From an uncultured delta proteobacterium (GTDB lineage: Bacteria > Desulfobacterota > Desulfobacteria > Desulfobacterales > UBA2156), in NCBI GenBank assembly GCA_963736855.1, contig CAVTQK010000009.1:416001-480000 (forward strand): a DNA stretch of 64,000 bases, written 5' to 3'. Below are positions 51,913-62,609 of this stretch, in pieces. The notes beneath the pieces were generated by a model. The model did not search any database and was not told where the DNA came from. It was given only the letters and a program-made list of their open reading frames with translations. Numbering within the stretch: position 1 is the first letter of the stretch; each line of letters starts with the position of its first letter. A program made the translations under genes and the position numbers.

Positions 51913-53244
51913 TTAAAACGGCAACGCCGCACGACCCATGCCGTGAAGGCTGCCTTTGTTGATCTTCTTCATCATTTTTAAAATTTGCGTGTAACTTTTC
52001 AAAAGTCTGTTGACATCCTGTACACTAGTGCCGCTTCCATTGGCAATCCTTTTCCTGCGGCTCCCGTTAATGAGTATATATTGACGCCGCTCATGCGGGG
52101 TCATGGAATTGATGATAGCTTCCACCCTGACCAGTTCCTTTTCGTCGACGCTGAGGTTCTTCATGTGCTTGTTGATCCCCATCCCCGGGATCATCCCGAG
52201 AATATCGGTCAGGGATCCCATTTTGCGCACCTGGACCAACTGATCCCGGAAATCTTCCAGGGTAAACTGATTCTTTCTCAGTTTTTTTTCGAGTTCGACA
52301 GCCTGCTTTTCATCCATTACCGACTGAGCCTTTTCGATCATCGTCAGGACGTCTCCCATCCCGAGGATCCGGGAGGCCATACGATCCGGATGAAACGGCT
52401 CCAGTGCATTCAGTTTTTCACCGACCCCTATGAACTTAATGGGCTTTTGGGTGACCGCCTTGATGGAAATGGCGGCTCCACCCCGAGCATCACCGTCCAT
52501 CTTGGTAAGAATGACCCCTCCGATGTCGAGGGCCTCATTGAAGGCCTGGGCGATGTTGACGGCATCCTGACCGGTCATGGCATCGGCCACCAGCAGAATC
52601 TCGGCCGGTTTCATCGCCTCCTTGATCCGCTTCAACTCCTCCATGAGAGGAACATCGATATGCAATCGTCCCGCCGTATCCAGGATCAGCGTGTCACACC
52701 CTTCCTTCAGTCCCGCGATCCTCGCTTCCCGACAGATTTCCACCGGGTCCATTTCCGCACTGGATGAAAAAACAGGGACCTTTAGCTGGTGCCCGAGCTT
52801 CTGAAGTTGGTCGATGGCTGCCGGCCTGTACACATCGGCCGGAACCAAATACGGTTTTCTGCCATTTTTCCTCAATAAAACAGAAAGCTTTCCTGCGGTG
52901 GTAGTCTTTCCTGACCCCTGCAGGCCCACCAGCATGATCGTCCCCGGACTCGGTCCGGCAAGTCGCAAATCCTCGTGAGTCGCACCCATGAGCGCGGTCA
53001 ATTCATCGTTGACGATCTTGATGACCTGTTGCCCGGGGGTGAGGCTGGCCATGACCTCCTGTCCGATAGCCCGGGATTTGATGCCGGCAACAAGCTGCTT
53101 GACGACTTTGTAATGCACGTCAGCCTCCAGGAGCGCCATGCGAACCTCCTTGAGGCCTTCTTCGATATTTTTCTCCGTAAGCTTGCCGTGCCCCTTTAGC
53201 TTCTTGAATATCGAGTTGAGCTTTTCGCTTAAGTTATTGAACAT
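51913..53244 (-). CDS. ffh: Signal recognition particle protein
   Basis: GLQGSGKTT, DTAGR, TKMDGDARGG, M domain. Confidence 0.97.
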   Translation of the reverse strand: MFNNLSEKLNSIFKKLKGHGKLTEKNIEEGLKEVRMALLEADVHYKVVKQLVAGIKSRAIGQEVMASLTPGQQVIKIVNDELTALMGATHEDLRLAGPSPGTIMLVGLQGSGKTTTAGKLSVLLRKNGRKPYLVPADVYRPAAIDQLQKLGHQLKVPVFSSSAEMDPVEICREARIAGLKEGCDTLILDTAGRLHIDVPLMEELKRIKEAMKPAEILLVADAMTGQDAVNIAQAFNEALDIGGVILTKMDGDARGGAAISIKAVTQKPIKFIGVGEKLNALEPFHPDRMASRILGMGDVLTMIEKAQSVMDEKQAVELEKKLRKNQFTLEDFRDQLVQVRKMGSLTDILGMIPGMGINKHMKNLSVDEKELVRVEAIINSMTPHERRQYILINGSRRKRIANGSGTSVQDVNRLLKSYTQILKMMKKINKGSLHGMGRAALPF

Positions 53245-53404
53245 CGCCTTTCCGATCTGCTATAATTCAAATGATCAAACATCAGCATCTTTCCTCTCCC
53301 GGACAGCATCCCGCAAGGCAATCGGCTGTTCTGTCTTTTTGCGTCCCGGATCCGGACCAAGGATCCCGGAAGCCTCGGGAGAGATGTAACTGACTAAAAT
53401 TTAT

Positions 53405-53433
53405 AGTTTATTATTATGTTTCAATGCTGTCAA
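53405..53433 (-). promoter_or_regulatory. Probable sigma70 promoter of the ffh operon
   Basis: TTGACA-17 bp-TAAACT on the minus strand. Confidence 0.55.
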
Positions 53434-54513
53434 GAAAAAAGCGTCCTGACCAATAAACCGGACATCAAAGATCTGACCCAAGACAGGCTTGCCGCATGGC
53501 TTGAGGAAAGGGGGATCGAGCGCTATCGGGTGCAACAGATCTTCAAGTGGATCTATATCCGTCAGGTGGACCGCTTTCAGGAAATGACCGATCTGGGAAA
53601 AGACTTGAGGGACCGTCTGGCATCTTGTTTTTCCATCCGCCGGTTGACGGTTCAAAAGCTACAGACCGCCGACGATGGCACGCGCAAGTTTCTTTTTCGA
53701 CTTGCCGACGGCGCCCATGTTGAAAGTGTCCTCATCCCGGAGCGGGACCATGAAACCCTTTGCATCTCCAGCCAGGTCGGGTGCGCCATGGGTTGCGCCT
53801 TTTGCCTGACCGCAAGAGGCGGATTCATCCGGAACCTGACCACAGGAGAAATGCTTTCCCAAGTGAGGGATGTCTGTCGGACGGCTTTAAAAGACCGCAT
53901 CACCAATATCGTCTTCATGGGGATGGGGGAACCCCTGGCCAACTACGACCATTTGGTCGACTCTCTTGAAATCCTGACCGACAGCGACTGCGGTCTGAAA
54001 TTTTCCAATCGGAAGATCACCGTCTCTACGGCCGGGCTGGTCCCGAAAATGGCAGATCTGGGTCGGGACACCCTGGTGAATCTGGCGGTCTCCCTGAATG
54101 CGACTCAAAACCCCACCCGGGATCTCTTGATGCCCATCAACCGCCGTTTCCCCCTTGAAGCGCTCTTGGATGCCTGTCGCCGGTATCCGCTTCCGCCGAC
54201 CCGCCGCATCACCTTCGAATATGTGCTCCTGGCAGACATCAACGACACCCCTCAGGACGCCCGGAGACTATCCAAACTGCTTTCCCCTCTCAAGGCAAAA
54301 GTCAACCTGATCCCTTTTAATGAATTCGAAGGAGCGACCTTCCGGCGTCCACGGGAAGAACAAATCCTGGGCTTTCAGAAGATTCTGATCGAAAAGAATC
54401 TGACGGCGGTCATCCGCTCCAGCAAAGGAACGAAGATCTCGGCTGCGTGCGGGCAGCTTTCGGCCAACGCCCTTCCGCGTCAGGAGGATTGTTTTTCAAA
54501 GGGCTTCCAATAA
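53416..54513 (+). CDS. rlmN: 23S rRNA m2A2503/tRNA methyltransferase
   Basis: CISSQVGC.MGC.FC, MGMGEP, AACGQL; exact start uncertain. Confidence 0.95.
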   Translation: MFQCCQEKSVLTNKPDIKDLTQDRLAAWLEERGIERYRVQQIFKWIYIRQVDRFQEMTDLGKDLRDRLASCFSIRRLTVQKLQTADDGTRKFLFRLADGAHVESVLIPERDHETLCISSQVGCAMGCAFCLTARGGFIRNLTTGEMLSQVRDVCRTALKDRITNIVFMGMGEPLANYDHLVDSLEILTDSDCGLKFSNRKITVSTAGLVPKMADLGRDTLVNLAVSLNATQNPTRDLLMPINRRFPLEALLDACRRYPLPPTRRITFEYVLLADINDTPQDARRLSKLLSPLKAKVNLIPFNEFEGATFRRPREEQILGFQKILIEKNLTAVIRSSKGTKISAACGQLSANALPRQEDCFSKGFQ

Positions 54514-57500
54514 AAGGCCCTCGCCCTGGAAATGATTCCCGCCGAGCGCATCTTGAGCGAAGCTTCCAGGTCGTAGAGAACAGGAACAACCACCAGGGTC
54601 AGAACCGTCGCAATCCCCAGACCGAAAATCACCACCATGGCCATGGACTGCCACCACTGGGTGGATTCGCTCACATAGACCATGCTCATCTTGTGGAAAT
54701 CATAGGAAATGCCTGTAACCATGGGGATAAGACCCAGCAGGGTGGTAACAGCGGTCAACAGGACCGGCCTTAAGCGCGTTGCACCGGCGGCAACGACCGC
54801 ATCCTTGAGAGGCATCCCCCGATTCCTCAGCTTGTTGGTGTAATCAATGAGAATGATGGCGTTGTTGACCACGACACCGGCCAGGGAAATCACTCCCACC
54901 CCCGACATGATAATCCCAAAGGGTGCATTCAGGACCGTAAGGCCTAAAAAGGCCCCGCCCAGGGAAAGCACGACGGACGTCATGATGATGGCCGGCTGAA
55001 TCACGGAATTGAAGAGGGTCACCAGGATTAAAAAGATTAAAAACACGGCGATGACAAAGGCTTTGGATAAAAATTCCTCAGCCTCTTTCTGAAACTCGAA
55101 TTCTCCGGTAAATTCGACGGCATACCCCGCCGGCAGGGGAAATTTTTTCAACAGAATTTCCGCTTGCGCCCGGGCCAGGGTTCCCGGGATGCGGGTGGTG
55201 TCAACATCGGCTTTCACCGTAACGACCCGGTTGTGGTCGATACGCGTAATATCGCCGATGCTCCCCGACATATCGATCTTGGCCAAAGTCGTCAGAGGAA
55301 CCAGCTGCCCTGACGGTGTCGGAATGAGAAGCTTGTAAAGCACATCCAGGACCGATCGATTTTTCCGGTCCAGGATCACAGAGATATCATAGTCCTCGTC
55401 GCCCTCCCGGAACGTGGAGATGTTTAATCCGTTGTAAGCGGTCTTGAGGGCAAAACCGATGGTCTCGGTGCTCAGGCCGAACAGGGCCGCCTTTTGGCGG
55501 TCCACCCTTACCCGTACGGTGGGGATCCCTTCCATGTAGTCGTCCCTAACATCCTCCACATGGGGAATCTGGGAAACAACACCCCGCACATTCTTGGCCA
55601 GCTCTCCCAGAATACGGAAGTCATCCCCGGAGATCTCGATATTGATGGGTGCTCCGGTGGGGGGGCCTTCTTCGGCCTTGGCAATGGTAATCTTGGCTCC
55701 CGGAATATCTTTGATCCGCTTACGAATCTCCTCCACGGTCTCGGTGGAAGCGGTTTTCCGATCCTCCAGGTCCAGGAATTGAACCCCGATGTGCGTGGGC
55801 GTGTTGGGACTGAATGCTGCGCCGGGGCCGGGAATCTCCACCGCCCGTGCATAGATATGATCCACATTGTCAAGATCGCCGGGCCCTGAAAAGACCTGGC
55901 CTCCGGCCTTTTGATGGCTTTTCGGTACATAGACCTTGGCATACCCCTCATCCAAGGGAACCCCTGATATTGATGCCTCACTTCCGGGGCCACCGACGAC
56001 GGCTATTTCCGCATGCTTGACGATCCGGTCAATATACTCCAGATCCGCTCCTTCAGGGGGATCGATGTTCACATAGATGCTTTTAGGATCGATCTCCGGA
56101 AAAAATTCCACAGGTTTTTCAAGGCCAACCTTCAGAAGCCAAATTTGGAAAAACAGGACCAGAACAGCAAAGGAAATCATAATTACCGCGATCCGATGAT
56201 TCAAGGCACCTTTTAGCACCTTAGAATAGACTGTCAAAACCGGGCCCTTGATAGTCACCGGCCGCTCACCCGAGGATCGGATTTGTTCTGCGTCCACCGA
56301 TAAAGGCGAACCCGAGGGTTTCCCCTTCACCTTGATGAAGAAGGCGGTGAGAGCCGGATTAATCACCAGTGCAACCAGAAGGCTTGAAGTAAGGGTAACG
56401 ATCAGCGTGATGGGGAGAAATTTCATGAACTCCCCCATGATCCCCGGCCAGAAAATCAGGGGAAAAAATGCCGCCAGGGTCGTGAGGGTAGATCCGATTA
56501 CCGGCCAAGCCACCTCACCGGTGGCATTCATGACCGCTTGGATGCGGGAAACTCCCTGTTCCATATACCGGTAGATGTTTTCAATGATGACGATGGCGTT
56601 GTCCACCAGCATACCCAAGGCCAGGGTCAATGAGAAAAGAACAACCATGTTCAAGGTGATACCCAGGGCGTAAAGAACCATGAAAGACAACAGCATGGAA
56701 AAAGGGATGGCCAGACTCACCAGAAGGGCGTTTCGGAACCCCATGGCCAAAAACAGTACGGCAATGACCAGAACCAGTCCGGAAAGGATATTGTTCTCCA
56801 GATCCGCCACCATCACTCGGATGTCTTTAGCTTGGTCCATGAGCTTGGTGATCCGGGTCCCTTCCGGCCATTTTTCCTTCCGGCTTTCGATAAGCTTTTC
56901 GATTTTATCGGCGATGGCAATGATGTTTTCACCGACTCGTTTTTTCACCGTGATGCTGACCGCCTCGGTTCCATCGAGCCGGGACCGGCTGTTTTCATCC
57001 TTGAAACCATCGCTCACCCGGGCCAGATCCTTGAGGTAGACGGGCCTGCCGTCTGTGGCGTTGATAACCAGCCCCAGGATCTCTTCGGGGAGGGTGAACT
57101 CTCCGGGAACCCTCAACTGGTAGCGGCCGTCTCCCAGTGTGATGGCGCCGCCGGAGGTGTTCTGGTTTTCACTGGAGACCACCCTCTGGAATGCAGTGAT
57201 CGGAATTCGATAATAGGCCAGTTTGTCCGGGTCCACCTCGATCTTGATCTCCCGTTCCAGCCCGCCGGTGACCTCGGCTTCCAGGATCCCCGGGATCGAC
57301 TCGATGTCTTCTTCCAGATCATCGGCGATCTTTTTCAGACACGTCAGGCCGCAGGTTCCGGAAAGGGAATAGACGATGATGGGCATCTCTGAAAAATTGA
57401 CCTCGAACACAGAAGGATCATCCTCCAGATCCGCCGGCAGATCCTTCTTGGCTTCATCCACCTTGTCCTTTACCTTTTGGAGGACCTCATCGATATCGGT

Positions 57501-57794
57501 TCCGGGGATGAATTCCACGTTGATCATGGAGAGCCCTTCGGAGCTGATGGAGTGGATTTTTTTCACTCGATCCAACCCTTTGAGCTTCTTTTCAATGGGG
57601 ATGGTGATGGATGTTTCGATATCCGAAGATGAAACGCCTTTGTAGTCGGTGGAGACAAAGACGTTCGGTATGGTAATATCCGGCGCCGACTCCCTGGGAA
57701 GCTTAATATAACAATACACGCCGAAGACCAAAAGGATCACCGACAAAACCACCACACTGACCCGGTTTGTTACCGATACATCCGTTATGATCAT
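54480..57794 (-). CDS. RND efflux transporter permease (AcrB/CzcA superfamily)
   Basis: GMLVDNAIV..ENI, GVVVNNAI, RLRPVLLT. Confidence 0.94.
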   Translation of the reverse strand: MIITDVSVTNRVSVVVLSVILLVFGVYCYIKLPRESAPDITIPNVFVSTDYKGVSSSDIETSITIPIEKKLKGLDRVKKIHSISSEGLSMINVEFIPGTDIDEVLQKVKDKVDEAKKDLPADLEDDPSVFEVNFSEMPIIVYSLSGTCGLTCLKKIADDLEEDIESIPGILEAEVTGGLEREIKIEVDPDKLAYYRIPITAFQRVVSSENQNTSGGAITLGDGRYQLRVPGEFTLPEEILGLVINATDGRPVYLKDLARVSDGFKDENSRSRLDGTEAVSITVKKRVGENIIAIADKIEKLIESRKEKWPEGTRITKLMDQAKDIRVMVADLENNILSGLVLVIAVLFLAMGFRNALLVSLAIPFSMLLSFMVLYALGITLNMVVLFSLTLALGMLVDNAIVIIENIYRYMEQGVSRIQAVMNATGEVAWPVIGSTLTTLAAFFPLIFWPGIMGEFMKFLPITLIVTLTSSLLVALVINPALTAFFIKVKGKPSGSPLSVDAEQIRSSGERPVTIKGPVLTVYSKVLKGALNHRIAVIMISFAVLVLFFQIWLLKVGLEKPVEFFPEIDPKSIYVNIDPPEGADLEYIDRIVKHAEIAVVGGPGSEASISGVPLDEGYAKVYVPKSHQKAGGQVFSGPGDLDNVDHIYARAVEIPGPGAAFSPNTPTHIGVQFLDLEDRKTASTETVEEIRKRIKDIPGAKITIAKAEEGPPTGAPINIEISGDDFRILGELAKNVRGVVSQIPHVEDVRDDYMEGIPTVRVRVDRQKAALFGLSTETIGFALKTAYNGLNISTFREGDEDYDISVILDRKNRSVLDVLYKLLIPTPSGQLVPLTTLAKIDMSGSIGDITRIDHNRVVTVKADVDTTRIPGTLARAQAEILLKKFPLPAGYAVEFTGEFEFQKEAEEFLSKAFVIAVFLIFLILVTLFNSVIQPAIIMTSVVLSLGGAFLGLTVLNAPFGIIMSGVGVISLAGVVVNNAIILIDYTNKLRNRGMPLKDAVVAAGATRLRPVLLTAVTTLLGLIPMVTGISYDFHKMSMVYVSESTQWWQSMAMVVIFGLGIATVLTLVVVPVLYDLEASLKMRSAGIISRARAFYWKPFEKQSS

Positions 57795-58942
57795 AAAGAC
57801 AGATCCTCAATTCGCTCCACGGTTTTCACCACGGTCACCCGTTGTCCCGGGTTGATATCCCGATGCCCGACAACGATCACCCGGTCTCCCGGCTTCAGGC
57901 CGGATTTGACCTCGATCTTCCATCCATCCATGAGTCCCAATTCTACTTTCCGGGCATGTGCAAGCTCGTCATTAACCACAAAAACCACATTTTCCTCATT
58001 CCGATTGATCACCGCATAAAGAGGAACCGAGATTCCGTCCCGGATCTCCTTTTTAACAATCTCGACCTTGGCAAACATATCCGGGAGGATATCTCCGGAA
58101 GGGTTATCCAGGATCAGGTTCAAATTATACAGGCGAGCCACCGGGTCCGCCGTCTTGGACAAGGAATCCTTTTTTGCAATAAAAGACTTTCCCCCCAAGG
58201 CGTCGATGATAACCTCGAATGTGTCCCTTCGCCGGACAGCATCCACGTCCGATTCCGGAATTCCCACCCGGACCTTTATCGGATCGATCTGAATAATTTC
58301 GGCGATGGGGTCGCCGATCCCCACAAAGTCCCCTTCTTCCACATGAATCCGATCTAAAACACCAGCGAGAGGGGCGGAGATGGTGCACCGTTCCAGCGCC
58401 AGGGCGGTGTTGTCCACGTTTGCCTTTAAATTCTGGGCATTGGCGGTGGCGTCATCGAGCTGGGCGCGGGCGGTGGCGTTCTTCTGAAAAAGCGATTCGA
58501 TGCGTTTTAAAGAGGAAAGGGCTGCCTCGTAGGAGGCCCTTGCCGCAGACAGGGCATTTTCATAGTCCCGGGAATCCAAGGCTACGACAATAGCCCCCAT
58601 TTTTATTGATCTGCCTTCGACAGTGCTTTTTCGAATCACTTTGCCTTTCACTTCGGCGAGCAGTTTCACCTGCTTCGAGGGCAGAGTACTCCCCGGAAAA
58701 CGGATGCGGTTCCTAATCGTTTCCGGGACAATCTTTAAGGCTGCCACATTGGCCTGAATCTCTTCCTGATGAAGTTCGGAGGCAGCTTTCTCTTTGAGAT
58801 GCTTTTGTTTGGATTCGATCTTACTGAAAAAGATCCAGATGCCGAGGATGATCAACAAAAGAGCGATGAAAGGAAGAGATCCCCAGATCCGTTTCAACCA
58901 TTTTTTGGATGCATTTTCATCAGGTTTCAGTTCGTTTTCCAT
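57791..58942 (-). CDS. RND periplasmic adaptor (MFP)
   Basis: Single N-terminal TM segment, lipoyl/hairpin pattern (ISAPLAG), GL..GD.V.V.G; start uncertain. Confidence 0.9.
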   Translation of the reverse strand: MENELKPDENASKKWLKRIWGSLPFIALLLIILGIWIFFSKIESKQKHLKEKAASELHQEEIQANVAALKIVPETIRNRIRFPGSTLPSKQVKLLAEVKGKVIRKSTVEGRSIKMGAIVVALDSRDYENALSAARASYEAALSSLKRIESLFQKNATARAQLDDATANAQNLKANVDNTALALERCTISAPLAGVLDRIHVEEGDFVGIGDPIAEIIQIDPIKVRVGIPESDVDAVRRRDTFEVIIDALGGKSFIAKKDSLSKTADPVARLYNLNLILDNPSGDILPDMFAKVEIVKKEIRDGISVPLYAVINRNEENVVFVVNDELAHARKVELGLMDGWKIEVKSGLKPGDRVIVVGHRDINPGQRVTVVKTVERIEDLSL

Positions 58943-58958
58943 GACTGTTCCCATTTGG

Positions 58959-59618
58959 CTAGGAAAGGACGGTTCCATGTTGTGCCGGGCCGGCCGAAAG
59001 ATTGGAAATGGAATGGATGAGGGTGTTCATGTAGAAATCCACGTTTTCTTTGAGATCGAAATTTTTTTGAGTTATAATGCTGTGGAGTAGGATTCCGTCC
59101 AGATACGCGATGAGGTTGATAGCGATCTTATCCGCATGTTCGGCGATTTCCGGCTTGAAGGTCCCTTTCGATATTCCATCGAGAATGACCTGTTCTACCA
59201 TCTGCTGGGTACCCCGCATCATCTCTCGCATCTCGTAACGGCGGTTGAAAAGGACACCATCTTCAAGTGCCGCCTCCCGAATGACCTCCACGGACATCCT
59301 GGCAGTCACGGAATCCAGAGGGTCGACCAGTTCGGCAAAGGCCTGGGATAGGATCATCAGCCGCTTTGCCGGATCTTCACTTCTCCCGAGGCGGATTGAA
59401 AAGCGCACCTCGATCTGATTCAACCAATGCTTTGCAGCGGCCACAAAGATATCTGCCTTGGTGGGAAAATATTCATAAAGGGTGCCCTTTCCTATACCGG
59501 CCGCCGTTGCAATCTCTTGGACGCAGGTCGCCGCATACCCTTTTTTGGAAAAAACTCCCAATGCCGCCCGGGCGATCTGTCTCCTCTTTTCCTCTTTAAC
59601 CACCAACTTTGGACTCAC
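58959..59618 (-). CDS. TetR/AcrR-family regulator
   Basis: IA.AAGIGKGTLYEYF.TK HTH. Confidence 0.93.
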   Translation of the reverse strand: MSPKLVVKEEKRRQIARAALGVFSKKGYAATCVQEIATAAGIGKGTLYEYFPTKADIFVAAAKHWLNQIEVRFSIRLGRSEDPAKRLMILSQAFAELVDPLDSVTARMSVEVIREAALEDGVLFNRRYEMREMMRGTQQMVEQVILDGISKGTFKPEIAEHADKIAINLIAYLDGILLHSIITQKNFDLKENVDFYMNTLIHSISNLSAGPAQHGTVLS

Positions 59619-59882
59619 GATGGACTTTTATCTCCTTTTTATCGACCGGAAAGTTCTCATATAGCACGTTTCTCAACACGTCAAGAAAATGTTTATGTTC
59701 AAATAATATTATAGTATTATTAGCATAATTTAGATTGATAGACTTTTAAGATATTATTAATGACCGACCGTTCGGCTGATGTGGGAATAATCTGGATTGA
59801 CTCACAAACCGGATCTTGATGCCGGCAACTCCTGCTTTCAATTCGAAAAACGAGGGGCGGGATTCCCTATGGGTTCGAGCCG

Positions 59883-60875
59883 TCAAATCAAGAGATGCCG
59901 GATTTCAGCAGGGTAAATCGGCTTGACATTTATGCTGCGTTTTCCGGCGGGAGAGGAAACGACGATTCCCACCGGTGCATCTCCTGAAATCTTGATGTAC
60001 CCTGCGCAGATGGATGCCGCTTTCAGGACGATTCCCCCGGATCCTCCGTGAGGAATCAACAAAACGGGACCGGGAATGTACGGATTCATGAGGATGTCGC
60101 TTTCGGGATCGCAGTACGAAAAGATATTTTCGTTGTCTTTTTGCGTGCGTCCTACAATGATCTTGGTCTCAGGGTCCAACCGCATGTGTCGTCCATATTT
60201 TAAAAGGTGAAATTCCCGGATCTCGTGGGAGCGCTGATGATTGAACAGATCTTTCAGTCGCCGGGAATATCCCGTGTCGGTGAGGAGACAACCTCCGGCA
60301 GGGGCAGGGTATTCGTTGATGTTGAAGCTTTTGGCCAGCTCCATCTGACGCTTGCGGGACCTGCCTGAAATATCCAAAAGTTGTGATCGGTCCACCAGCC
60401 CCATCTTCTCCGGAAGGGTTTCCGGAAGCTTTTTGGCACTCAGGGGTCGCACGATGCAACCGTCGAACCCGGAGTGCTTCTCCACGTATCTTAGAGAAGG
60501 TCTGGATTGGGACATGGGTCTTTGTCCGAGCACTTCGCCGCTGAATAAAAAGTCGAATCCTTTTTCTTTCATCACCCGGCCTGCGATTCGAAACATCAGG
60601 GAATGGCAATCCAGGCATGGGTTCATATACCGACCATATCCGCAAGGAGGGTCTTTTAACATCTCCAGGTATTCTTCGGTGATATCCTGAATCATCAGGG
60701 AAATTCCTGTGATTCGCGATGCGTTTTGCGCCTTATCGGCGGAGAAAAAGGGGGTCACGAAGGTGATCCACTCCACCTCGACCCCCTGGCTTTTCAGCAC
60801 CATCGCCGAGAGCATGCTGTCCAACCCACCCGAACAGATCCCCAGGGCGCGAACTTTTTTCTTTGTTTTTTCCAT
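59883..60875 (-). CDS. PP-loop tRNA thiolation-type protein (ThiI/MnmA-like, DUF814 family)
   Basis: SGGLDS, NPCLDCH, GEVLGQRPMSQ, GGCLLTD. Confidence 0.85.
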   Translation of the reverse strand: MEKTKKKVRALGICSGGLDSMLSAMVLKSQGVEVEWITFVTPFFSADKAQNASRITGISLMIQDITEEYLEMLKDPPCGYGRYMNPCLDCHSLMFRIAGRVMKEKGFDFLFSGEVLGQRPMSQSRPSLRYVEKHSGFDGCIVRPLSAKKLPETLPEKMGLVDRSQLLDISGRSRKRQMELAKSFNINEYPAPAGGCLLTDTGYSRRLKDLFNHQRSHEIREFHLLKYGRHMRLDPETKIIVGRTQKDNENIFSYCDPESDILMNPYIPGPVLLIPHGGSGGIVLKAASICAGYIKISGDAPVGIVVSSPAGKRSINVKPIYPAEIRHLLI

Positions 60876-60970
60876 GTAACCCTTTTTCCCGGTTGACGGT
60901 TTTCGGCCGACCCGTTAAAAAGGACCGTTCCACAACTTTTAGCAAACTGGTGAATACCGAAAGCCTGAAT

Positions 60971-61618
60971 ATGAACCCTCTTCGATCCCGAGCCGAAAAG
61001 ATCTTTAAGAGCCTAAGAGCCACATATCCTCATGTCAAGACTCAGCTTCATTTCAAGAATCCCTTCGATCTCCTCGTGGCGACCATCCTTTCCGCCCAGT
61101 GTACCGACAAACAGGTCAACATCGTCACTGAAACCCTGTTTCAAAAACTTAAAACCCCAAAAGATTTCGCTCAGGTCCCTTTGGACACTCTTGAAGCCCT
61201 GATTCGCCCCACCGGCTATTTTCGCAATAAAGCCAAAAGCATCAAGAATTGTGCGACAGCACTTCTGGAAAAATATGACGGCCGGGTACCGGACACCCTC
61301 GAGGAGATGGTGGCCCTTCCAGGCGTGGGGCGCAAGACCGCCAATGTGGTGCTGGGAGCGGCCTTCGACGTTCCGGGGATCGTCGTGGATACCCATGTGG
61401 CAAGAATATCCCAACGCATGGGATTCACGGAGAACAAGGACCCCGTAAAGATCGAATTCGACCTCATGGAGATCCTTCCCGAATCAAAATGGAGCGACTT
61501 CTCCCTACTCTTGATTTATCTGGGCAGAGAATTCTGCAAAGCCCGGAAACCGGATTGCACCCGCTGCCCGGTGAACCGGCACTGCCCCTGGCCGGAAAAG
61601 ACGCCCTCGAAAAAATGA
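60971..61618 (+). CDS. nth: Endonuclease III
   Basis: LSAQCTD, LPGVGRKTANV, VDTHV, C-x6-C-x2-C-x5-C. Confidence 0.96.
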   Translation: MNPLRSRAEKIFKSLRATYPHVKTQLHFKNPFDLLVATILSAQCTDKQVNIVTETLFQKLKTPKDFAQVPLDTLEALIRPTGYFRNKAKSIKNCATALLEKYDGRVPDTLEEMVALPGVGRKTANVVLGAAFDVPGIVVDTHVARISQRMGFTENKDPVKIEFDLMEILPESKWSDFSLLLIYLGREFCKARKPDCTRCPVNRHCPWPEKTPSKK

Positions 61619-61639
61619 GGCGGAGGGGGCGTTTCTCAT

Positions 61640-61677
61640 AAAAAGAGGCGCTTTCGAAAATCTCGAAAGCGCCTCTT
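61640..61677 (-). terminator. Rho-independent terminator between convergent nth and csp
   Basis: Perfect 15-bp stem AAGAGGCGCTTTCGA/TCGAAAGCGCCTCTT with a U-run on the minus strand. Confidence 0.85.
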
Positions 61678-61696
61678 CACTTGCTCAGGTCGTCGA

Positions 61697-61897
61697 TTAG
61701 CCGACGGTCACGTTGACGGCGGCCGGGCCTTTTTTCCCCTGCTCGACGTCGAAAGTCACTTTGTCGCCTTCATACAGGACTTTGAAACCCGACGCATTGA
61801 TTCCCGAATGATGAACAAATACATCCGGGCCGTCTTCCTGTGAAATGAAGCCGTAACCTTTGCTGCTGTTAAACCACTTAACGGTTCCACTTGCCAT
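61697..61897 (-). CDS. Cold-shock protein
   Basis: GTVKWFN, KGYGFI, DVFVHH; AAGGAGG RBS. Confidence 0.96.
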   Translation of the reverse strand: MASGTVKWFNSSKGYGFISQEDGPDVFVHHSGINASGFKVLYEGDKVTFDVEQGKKGPAAVNVTVG

Positions 61898-62019
61898 TGA
61901 TGCATCCTCCTTTCGTAAAATTATGGTGTTCGGCTAAAGGATGCTTCTTTTGACAAATGGGCTTTCCTTCAGAACGAAACCGGCCCACCTACATACAACG
62001 GGCCTTTTTTTATTCTTCT

Positions 62020-62048
62020 AAAATAAACCCTTCTACGGGACAAGTCAA
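62020..62048 (-). promoter_or_regulatory. Probable csp promoter giving a long (~115 nt) 5' UTR
   Basis: TTGACT-17 bp-TATTTT. Confidence 0.5.
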
Positions 62049-62096
62049 GTGAAAATGGCAGAAGAATTTGAAACGTTCGTTATTAAAAACGGGCCT

Positions 62097-62600
62097 TCAT
62101 TCCTGCAAGTGCTTGACCAGATGCCCCAGCTCGGGAAAGATGAGGGCCTTGCAGGCGAGGCGACAGGCGTCAAGGCTTCCCGGCATGCAGAAGATGACGG
62201 CCTTTCGATAGACCCCGGCACAGGCCCGGGAAAGAATGGCTGCCGAGTCGATCTCCTCGAAGCTCAGATAGGCGAAAAGGGACCCGAAGGCCGTCAGTTC
62301 CTTTTCGAACAGGGGCCGGATCGTCTCGATGGTCACGTCCTTTACGGCAATCCCGGTCCCTCCGGTCATCAGAATCGCTTGGGCTCCATGCTCGTTGATC
62401 GCCTCATGGAGTGCCGCCAGGATCGGATCCGGTTCATCCGGGACCACCCGATGGCTCACCACAAAGTGCTTCTCCTTTTTGGCCCGTTTCACGATCCAGC
62501 CGCCGCTTTTGTCTTCCGCAAGGGTGCGCGTGGAGGATACCGAAATAACGGCAAGTTTGATCTGAAAAGGTGCGCTGCGCTTATGCTCCCGGGTGCCCAC
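62097..62600 (-). CDS. moaB: MoaB/MogA molybdopterin biosynthesis protein
   Basis: DKSG, TGGTG..DVT.E, AILSRA, PGS. Confidence 0.88.
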   Translation of the reverse strand: MGTREHKRSAPFQIKLAVISVSSTRTLAEDKSGGWIVKRAKKEKHFVVSHRVVPDEPDPILAALHEAINEHGAQAILMTGGTGIAVKDVTIETIRPLFEKELTAFGSLFAYLSFEEIDSAAILSRACAGVYRKAVIFCMPGSLDACRLACKALIFPELGHLVKHLQE

Positions 62601-62609
62601 AAGTTCTCC

